Positions 52,223 to 61,239 of a DNA stretch of 61,239 nt are shown one piece after another (position 1 is the first letter of the stretch; every line of letters starts with the position of its first letter). The position numbers and the translations under genes are program-made. The notes under the pieces are model-generated. The model was not told the DNA's origin. It searched no databases and saw nothing but the letters and a program-made list of their open reading frames with translations. This stretch comes from Octopus bimaculoides (Eukaryota), in assembly GCF_001194135.2 (NCBI RefSeq), contig NC_068987.1, forward strand, positions 66,709,946 to 66,771,184, given 5' to 3'.

Positions 52223-52548
52223 TAATTGCCAACCAAGTGTGGATCCTATACGGGAGAGTGCTACTGGCGTTTATAGCCCCAGGAAGACACTTCTTCCAGC
52301 TGGCTAACGAAACATATTCTGTGTCCGATTAGTATTTGTGAGGGGAGGTCATCGCTCCCATCTCTAACCTTTCGTGATACACATGCACTCGAGTTTCTGG
52401 GTGGTTATCCTTCCTCAGCGTATGTTAATCGCAAATACTAATCGGACACAGAATGTGTGTTGATAGTTAGCTGGAAGAGACGTCTTCCTGGGGCTATAAA
52501 CGCCAGCAGCACTCTCCAGTATAGGATGCCACTCTTGGTTGGCAATTA
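52223..52548. mobile_element. 326-bp fold-back element: ~119-bp inverted arms around a centre with a decayed hammerhead motif (-)
   Basis: 52223-52341 is the inverse of 52429-52548. The centre (-) reads ATACG-CTGAGGA-AGGATAACCACCCA-GAAAC-TCGA-GTG-CATGT. Confidence 0.9.
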
Positions 52549-52699
52549 TGTGTTATGATTCCATACTCCTATTGTTTATATCTCGCTCAGAGATTTAAGA
52601 TAGCTTATTTCTCCTTTTATTACATGTTTGCCAAATAGATATTCACAGTTAAAACTACGTACTAAAATGAAACTAAACTGTTAGTGTATCGGCCTCTCT

Positions 52700-52850
52700 C
52701 CAACAGGCCGAGCCTCTGGCGTTCTTGGCACTCGGACCATATCTCTGCTCACTGTTATTGGGGCGGTGATTGCCGTCCACAAGTGCGAGTCCCGTGAGTC
52801 AGTGTACCTGTTTCAGCGCATCTCCCGGGCCAACGCTTTTTTTTCATTTT
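52700..52850 (+). mobile_element. CRE-like non-LTR retrotransposon, RLE C-terminal fragment
   Basis: SGVLGTRTISLLTVIGAVIAVHKCESRESVYLFQRISRANA resembles the E.SG..G...R...YLFQRIS....RGNA ending of CRE-clade ORFs. Confidence 0.55.
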
Positions 52851-53984
52851 GTTGGCTGGTGACATGAGAAATTTTTCTATGTTGTGAGAAGCAAGATTCT
52901 CCTTTAATCTAACACTAATAAGTTGTGATCTCTTTTAGCAGTTATGTTTTGTGTACGATATTAGTTATGTTATATATATCTTCACCAAATGTGTTTGAAA
53001 CAATATAAAAATATATATTATGTTAAATTATGGAATATTTACAAAAAGGACGGCTGCATAATTTCGAATTTATATATCACTTGAAATCAAACTAGCTACT
53101 AGACGAATTCCTGTCTTATAAAGAGAAAAATAACTAAACAATTATGCAACAACATATTCCCTCACACATTTTCATCTTTTCTTCCTTGAGGTAAGTAAAT
53201 ATGACATCTGTGCAGACTTAGAATTATCGAAGACTTTTTAGTATAGCTTGATATATTTCCAAAATAATGTTCTCTTTGTAAGTCGACGAATATTTTCTGC
53301 CACTCTTTCCCGCATAGAAATATTCTCTACGTCAGATTTGCAAATAATCTTGGTAAAAATGATAAGTCTTGATGACAATCTGTCTGATCTAGAAATATGC
53401 AAGTACAATACAAATCCGTATGTATAAACAGGATTAGTACATAAATATATAAGATTAATATATAAGCATAAGATTAGCATTCAAATTTGAGTGTTATATA
53501 CAAATATACGAATATCATACAAATATAAGTTTAAAATACAAGTATAACATAGAAATATAGGTTTCGTATATAAATATCAGAATAATATACAAACATGAGA
53601 TTAGTATAACAATATATGCCGAATGCATAAATGAAAAAATAAACAAATAGACGAAAATATTTTTTAATTTCGTCAATATGTTTGCACTATACTTGAGGCA
53701 TTACTTGAAAATGAAGTACGAAATCTCTCACTCTCTCACTTTCTCGCTTTCTGTCTCTCACCCTCTCCCTCACACATACACAAAAATACATAAAGGTATG
53801 GTTATAGATGTATCTGTGTGTGTGTATAAATATATATATAATATGTGTGTAAGTATATATATATATATATGTGTGTGTGTGAAGAGAGAGAGAGAGAGAG
53901 AATTCGCAAAAAAACAAAAGACGAAGACAGGTAGTGTAGACAACAAACAGATGTATTAGTATAACGCTCGGGAAGTGAAAAAGT

Positions 53985-54020
53985 ATTTAACGTTTCGAGC
54001 CTACGCTCTTCCACAGGACG
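53985..54020 (-). ncRNA. Degenerate hammerhead-like motif
   Basis: CTGTGGA-A-GAGC(GTAG)GCTC-GAAAC-GTT. Stem II is perfect, the core is mutated and stem I is not supported. Confidence 0.4.
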
Positions 54021-54228
54021 GAACGTAGAAAGAAACAAGGAAAGAAAAAAGAATGTGTAGTGGCTAGTGATCTATCATGGCGAATATATGTATATATACG
54101 CAGAGTGATTGAAAAGTAACTTCCTGTTTTAAAATACTTATAATTTATTTAGTAACTATAATGCATATATACATACATGCAGACATACATACATAAATAC
54201 ATACATACGTACATACATACATACATAC

Positions 54229-54264
<36 letters not shown>

Positions 54265-54609
54265 NNNNNNNNNNNNNNNNNNNNNNNNNNNNNNNNNNNN
54301 NNNNNNNNNNNNNNNNNNNNNNNNNNNNNNNNNNNNNNNNNNNNNNNNNNNNNNNTAAATATATATATATATATATATATATATGGGTATGTGTGTATAG
54401 GTGTGCGTATGTGTACTTATGCACGATAATAGTTGTATATGTAAATGTGTGTGTATACATAAATAAGCATACACACTAATGCGTATCAGTGTAGCACTCC
54501 TCTTTTTGTGTCAGTGAGAATTTCTGCAAATCCTTAAGATGTATTTTAATCGAAATCTGTTTGTAACCTTAATGTGAGGAAAGACTTTAGTAGATTTGTT
54601 ACAGAAATA

Positions 54610-54829
54610 CAGTGAGCCCTTGTCATATCGCGGTGCACCTTTCGCGGTTTATTATTTAAGCTTACATCGATTCTTCCGAGGTGTTGTTCTGCATTTATGA
54701 TGAAATAAATATATACAAATTATAAAAATAAGTTTAAAAAATACAGTACAGTACTGTTTCTAGTTCGCGCATTTTCACCTATCACGGGGGTTTTGGAACG
54801 TAGCACCCGCAAAAGTCGATAGATTACTG
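54610..54829. mobile_element. pogo/Tigger-like MITE
   Basis: TA|CAGTGAGCCC..ATCGCGG ... CCCGC..GATTACTG|TA with degenerate TIRs. Confidence 0.55.
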
Positions 54830-55079
54830 TATTGATTTTGTCGAAACTGGTCGATTGACTGAGTTGGCAAAGTGTCGGATGAAATACTTTGGCGTGTTTT
54901 GTTGTGTCTCATTATATTCGAAGCTGGAATTACAGAGGACGACTTTACATTCTTCTGAATATGGTTCCGTGGCCGATGTATAGTAGTGCCAGAAAACTCT
55001 TGATGTCGATTGAATTGACTTTTCCCCTACCCTCGTACTTCTGTCCCTGTGATTATGTCAGAATCAATTGGGTGAATAA

Positions 55080-55465
55080 GTGTCAGAATCGTTAGTGCGT
55101 CAGACAAAATGTTTTGAAGTATGAGGGTAGTGGATAAGCCGAATCGATGAAGCGATCGAGGAAATATCTTGAGGTATTTCTTCCAGTACTATACGATCTT
55201 AGTTCAAATTTCCTCGTGGCTAACTTTGCCTTTCATCCTTTCTAGTTCGTTAAAGTAAAATATCAATCAGGCACTGAAGTCACTGTAATCGATTAGCCCC
55301 ACCCCTCAAGACGCTGGCCATAAAAAATTTATTGAGCATCAGGCCAATTTCTTTGCAGTATTCTTCTCAGGATCGATAAAATAAGGTACCAGTCAAGTTT
55401 GGAGTTTATGTAAACGATTATCCCCTTCCCCTCAGGTTAATGGCCTTCAGCTAAAATTCGGACCA
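55080..55465 (+). mobile_element. Two old SINE group A remnants
   Basis: CTTTGCCTTTCATCCTTTC core and GATCGATAAAATAAGGTACCAG. Confidence 0.6.
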
Positions 55466-58242
55466 ATTATTTCATTAAGGAATTAACTATATTAAGTATT
55501 GTGAATGAATGACTACGAAGAAATAGATAAAAATAACTGAATTAAACTCAAAAGTAGTTTTTTTTTTAATTCGAAAGGCGAAATCACGATTTGCAAGAGT
55601 GAAGCTCATGACGGTAGCATGGATATGTATTTTTTTTTATGTTAGCTACCGATTCACTTATTATGGCGTATCATTTACAAGACGTAAAGAAAGCAAATAC
55701 CAAGATTCATTATTTCGAGAATACGGTGATTTAGTTTCATTTCAGTACCTTTTAAATCAAATATTATTCTCTAAATTTGCAACTTTAATCCGATTGAAAA
55801 AGAGGAACGGAAGATTTTAATAATAGCTTCTAACAGAGACACAAGGCCACAGAAGATTCTAATGATACTTCTAAATACTAGTAAACATAGAGACACCCAC
55901 TTTGAGGAAAGATATAATCGCCATAATCCACCTTAATGATTCATTAGTATTAATATTGATCTTGGAAGAATTAAACACAAAATTTATACTGTCAAGTTTT
56001 GAAGTAGGATGTATCGCGATTAAATAGCACTACACAATTTGTTCTCTGCTCAACTATTTCTGACAATTATCATTTTAGGAACAAACAGATAATGATATAT
56101 TTCAATTGTAAAGTATATATGTATCATATTAATAATTGATCAAAGTATCAGTCCATTATATTTACAATACCGTTCCTAAAAAATTGTGACCTTCAGCCAA
56201 CGTTTGACATTAATGCTAGACATTTCTGGTTAGTGTGGCACAGTGTACCATGTTGGTCCCAGTACTTGAGTCGTGCATTATTGTATCAAACATAATAGGA
56301 TGAACGGTAAAGTTGGATCTTGGAGAGATTTGAACTAGAACTGAAAAGGATGAGAAAATTTTATCTTGTGATCTATTTACGAAACCATTGCCCTGTTTTA
56401 ACAATACCACAGCTTTTCACAGAATCATACGACCTTGAAATTTATGAAATAAGGTTTATAATAATTTAATACACCCTTTCAATTGCAAAAAAACATAATA
56501 CTTTTAAAAGGCATAATTAATGCGACGGTTAAGGACCAAAAAAAAACAGCCTAATAATCTACACGTGAGGAAGAAAAGAAAAAAAGGCCTCTACTTTTTT
56601 TTATGTATTCTAAACAAAGCACAATTGTTTTTATGATTTTGTAGAGAATTGGTTTACTGTTAATCTTTTTCTGTGTTAATTATCAAATTTGTGTATTATT
56701 TTTTCAACATTGTTTTGTATACCTAATAATACATGCAGTTAGTTTGAGTTACATCCTTATCTAGTCTTAAAGCACAAGCGTATTAGCAAAATCTATTGCA
56801 GATTCAGTTCTGTTGTCTCTTTCCTTCTCTTCCTTGAAGGAACTCTTAGGACGTCAGTATTAGTCGATTAAATGGCAAAATGATTAAATTAATAGTTGAC
56901 ATCAGTATTATCTGAACTTAAAACATAAACAAAAACATAATTAAACACTGAAAAAGATTTTGCTCAATTCTGCCACTACTCACTGCTGTATTTGATTGCA
57001 ATATTTTTCTATCGCTTCTTTCCATGTTCAACTGAAATAGGGGAAGACATTATCACGTTAAATTTTCCTTTACTTTTTATCGGTCGACCTCACACCCTTT
57101 TTCTTTTGTTTCTTTTACACATTTCCTTTGCAAATTACTCTGCTACTCTCCGAGCAATGTTCCTGTGTTTAGTGAAGAATGTGAAAGAAGTTATAATGAA
57201 AGAGGATGAAATACCTTAGAGAAGAGAGATTCTCTATTGCAAGCTTTATTGATTTCTGACGATTTTACATGAAAGGGAAATAATTAACACTTGGGTGCAA
57301 TCCTATTTTATGTTTTGCGGTTAATGTTGCTCTTGAACTGCTGCTGGGATATACATGACGGGAAAAAATACTTGGACATGTAAAGAATCCCAGCATTCAT
57401 ATCCTACTTCCTCACTTCTTCGGAAAGGATAGCATTATACGCATGTGAGTGCACGCGTGCATGCATCTGTGTGTGCCAGTGCATCCATCAGTTAGACGCA
57501 TCTGTGTTAATTTCTAAACTTAAACAAGTAATTTACATTAAAAAAACGGAATGGCTTAAAAATAAACGCCACGATGTAGTTATTAATTTACACATTGATT
57601 TGTGGGTAAAATTTGTAAGAAATTAAATTGTTTAATTTATGTTTAAATTTACACATTATTACCAACAAAATTCATCTTTTATCACCATCCGCTCCATAGA
57701 ACGTATCTATTTCTCTGGGTGCTTATTCACAATTAAGACAATATTGATAGTCGTTTGAATTACATTGGATCAAACCTAGGATCGAAGTTGTTCCTAAACA
57801 CTACCATCCTCGTCCTTCTCTCTAGCATTGTGTATTCAGAACTATGTTATTCAACATATTCTTCCATCATTTTCAAAGCAATTGTCTCTGTTTTGGAGGA
57901 GATTTAACTCCTATTTCTACCAAGTTTAGTGAAATTCAGTTTTGCGCTATGGCATAGAATTATGTATGCTGAAGTAGTTGCGGTTTTATTTTCTCATCTT
58001 ATTAACCTCATCGATAGGCAGACCATAGTCAACACGTTTTGCTATGAGACGCACTAGGTATCATGTGAAGTACTACAAATCCAAGCTTTGCTTGAATAAC
58101 TTCATCTGCAGAAAGTCACTCTTTCGTGGGGTGTGTAGAAATAATTGACGAGAACGAATGCAAGGATGAGAGGAAATAACTGCCTTGAACATGAAAGGAA
58201 GCGGTAAGTACTGTAACCATATGAGTGGTATTGATGGTAGTG

Positions 58243-58243
58243 T

Positions 58244-58311
<68 letters not shown>

Positions 58312-58352
58312 TTGATGATGATGACGACGACGATGACGACGATGACAATGAT
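58243..58352. repeat. (GAT)n/(GAC)n
   Basis: Direct. Confidence 0.95.
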
Positions 58353-58804
58353 GAGGTATAGAAGGAGGAAAATGCATGTGACTATATTGGTAGGGATTAG
58401 GGTGGAGGATTGCGAAATTCGTTGAAATGTCGAAATAATAGCTTGCAGTATATCAAAGTTCAACATTATCCCTTCATCATTTCGGGGTCAATAAAGTAAA
58501 GAACTTGTCAAGTAATAATAACATCGATGACATCGATTAAATCCCTTCTCTCGACTGGATGGACATTGATGGAGAGAAAAAAGGAAGATATGAAGAAAGA
58601 GGGAGAGAGGTAGATGTAAAGAGAGACAAAGGGAGGGAGAGAGAAACGGGAAAAGGAAGATATGAAAGGGAAGGAGAGAGGAGAGAGGAGAGAAGAAGAG
58701 GAAGGTATGAAAGAGAGAGGGGGAGGAGCAGGAAACGAAGATATGAAGGAAAGAGAAAAACGAAAGGTATAGATAGAGAGGGCCGCTGCAGGAAAAAAGA
58801 TAAA

Positions 58805-58982
58805 ATGAAAAAACGATAGTGAAAAGAAAGAGGTTTTGTAACGAATTTGCTACTGTAAACTTTTCAAATAGAATGTAAACGAAGAGGTCGTTGTAAGAAA
58901 AAACTAAATGAAAAACGACACTGATAAAAGAAGAGGTTTTGTAACGAATTCGCTACCGTAAATTTTCAAATAGAATTTAAAC
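58805..58982 (+). repeat. Two-copy direct duplication (~75-bp unit, 103-bp period)
   Basis: GAGGTTTTGTAACGAATT(T/C)GCTAC(T/C)GTAAA..TTTTCAAATAGAAT occurs twice. Confidence 0.85.
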
Positions 58983-59779
58983 AAACAATGCGTCTTAACT
59001 CAAATTTTCATCCGGTATTACACAGAGTAAACCAAATAAATAAAATGAGTAGGATACTTATTCTCAAGAGGTAAAATTCCAAACTTTGTACATATATATA
59101 TATGTATGTCATATGTATCACTTTAAAATTAATTTTTGAGTCTGTGTTTCTATGTCTATGGCATCTCGTGTATCAGTTTTCCTGTAGATGTGCGAGAGTT
59201 TGAAACATATTATGTGGTACACATATTTGTGGATATTTGTAGCATGGAGTGGGGTGCATCCATTCCATTTTTCTTTTTTTTGCCTGCAGCATCTTAGATG
59301 TTTTACAGCTTCTCTTTCTGCATACAACTTCATTTATCCTGTTTTAACATTTTGTGGATGCACACACCTACCCACACAAACATACACAGATGCACACACA
59401 CACACACACACACACACACACNNNNNNNNNNNNNNNNNNNNNNNNNNNNNNNNNNNNNNNNNNNNNNNNNNNNNNNNNNNNNNNNNNNNNNNNNNNNNNN
59501 NNNNNNNNNNNNNNNNNNNNNNNNNNNNNNNNNNNNNNNNNNNNNATATATATATATATATATCATTTACTTTTTTTATTTTTTCCCATTTTCTATGTAC
59601 TACTTTCATGACTTCTTTTGCACTGTTCTCTTTCTCATAAATACTAAATGATATTACGCAGCACCGCAAAGAATTCTCACAATCTCCTTCGAGCTACGCT
59701 TTCCATTCTTGTTTTTTCTTAGGTTTTCCTTTTATTCCTAAATTTCGTTTTTGTTTACTCTTTTTCTCTAAAACCCAGA

Positions 59780-60790
59780 CAGGTAGCAAGCTGGCAAAGT
59801 CGTTAGAGCGTCGAATCTATTCCATTCGTTCCAGCAATCAGCACTCTCAGATTTAAATTATGACGAGGTTAAATTTGCTTTTCATCCTTCTTAGGATGAG
59901 AAGTAAAATACCATTCAAGTACTGCAGTCGGTAAGACCAATGATACTGTCCATAGAGGGAGGCTGGAAGAGGAATTAACAACCGAATCTCGGATAAACTG
60001 AACTCTTCAAGTAGGGCCCAAAGTGTTGTAAGATATGGAAATATAATAAAAAAGATGAATATTGGTTTCTTCCTGAAACTGACGGAATCGTTTATGCGTT
60101 GCGTATAATGATATGCGTTATTCGTTTTGCGATATCTGAGTTTCAAGTCCCACCGAAGGCAACGCTGTTTTGGGGTTTATTTTTTTATTTCCTGTCGGAG
60201 TCCAGTAGTAAAATACCATCCAGTATTGGATAAACTCGTATATTTTCTCTCCATCTCCCTGGAGATCTACCTGTAACTCAAACCCTCTCTCTTGTTGTAT
60301 AATGTTCGGTCTGAGAATTACATTTAAAGTACATATCACCGTGGAGCGTTCCGCCGAATTTATTTATATTTTCACATTTTATATTTTAATCAGGACGGAA
60401 GATAGTGCCCATTGACACGTTACAAGCCTCGGTGACTGCTATGAGCGTGGAGGAAAGGGATTCTCGAGCCGAGAATCTGACTCGAATGCTTGCAACAGGG
60501 TGGCCTCTGCTAAAAGCGCCCTAGGATCCAGGTGATGCGGTTGGAAGTAGAATAAGTCCCTCACTCAAGTAGGCCATGGCCGGTATTGAATTCTGGTAAC
60601 AAGGCCTCTGTTGTGATGCTCTTACACTTCTGCTGAATGGCCAACGGAAATTGATACGTTTTAATCGATCCTAGAAGAATGAAAGCGAAAATATATCTCG
60701 GCGGATTTTGAACTTAGATCGCTTAAAGTCAGAACAAATTCCAGAATTTATTCTGTCTCCTGCTGTAACGACTTTGCTAATTCATCGCCA
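59780..60790. mobile_element. Old SINE group A remnants (~59780-59940 +, ~60100-60220 +, ~60660-60790 -)
   Basis: Diverged head and core motifs. Confidence 0.5.
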
Positions 60791-61239
60791 GGTAGGAATT
60801 CACTTGATTAAATTAAAATTAAGACTGTTAGTGTATTTCATCAATGTTGTGAAGAGGTAACTAAATTCTATGGAGGAGATACGAGAAGTGTGTTGAGTAG
60901 AGATGAGATGTGACATTAAGTAGCTCAACCCATATCAAATGATCTCATTTGTTAGCCGGTTTATAAATAATGGTAGCAATACTTTGTAATCCCCTCACAT
61001 ACACACATACACTCGCACTTATATATATATATAAGTATGTAGGTGTGCCTTTGTAGTCTGGTCATATGTATATATCATTTATATATGTGTATGTGAGAGT
61101 GTGTATTATGCATATATGTGTGTATGTACACATAAATCAATTTGATATTTCGGAATTCTTTTATCTTCCACATATTTGTATGTGTATATATGTATATGTA
61201 TGTATATATGTATATAATATATATATATATATATATATA

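Noticed and set aside
53190-53480. Perfect donors (GAG|gtaagt) and open frames on both strands
   Set aside because: No consistent acceptor-frame-donor set and no recognisable protein.
58100-58210. DENECKD (EGF-like word) near the strong donor GCG|gtaagt
   Set aside because: An in-frame stop follows, and no open frame links an acceptor to the donor.

Overview
AT-rich eukaryotic genomic DNA from a gapped draft assembly (11 N-gaps, most flanked by microsatellites). The SINE, microsatellite and transposon content fits a cephalopod, most likely Octopus; this is an inference. I could not recognise any intact protein-coding gene. Most long ORFs in the track are artefacts of simple repeats or N-runs, and only a few low-confidence exon candidates remain. 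The window is mostly decayed mobile DNA: Penelope-like elements (PLE; RT thumb plus GIY-YIG), RTE, R4/Dong-like and CRE-like LINE fragments, mariner and maT/DD37D-like Tc1/mariner remnants, a Helitron with an intact 3' end, several MITEs, and many copies of two tRNA-derived SINE groups. Three observations stand out. (1) Several small non-coding fold-back elements carry minimal type I hammerhead ribozyme motifs. One motif at 37682-37724 (-) is nearly intact, a sister copy lies between 119-bp inverted arms at 52223-52548, and a tRNA-headed fold-back at 15486-16050 carries the motif in its arm. Together with the PLEs, this suggests a PLE-dependent family of ribozyme-bearing non-autonomous elements. 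(2) A 2.7-kb orientation-switching minisatellite (31140-33840) is built from GGAACTTTCCAGGAA units that contain HSE-like and STAT/GAS-like sites. (3) There is a 91-nt near-perfect hairpin and a 1.1-kb fold-back element.
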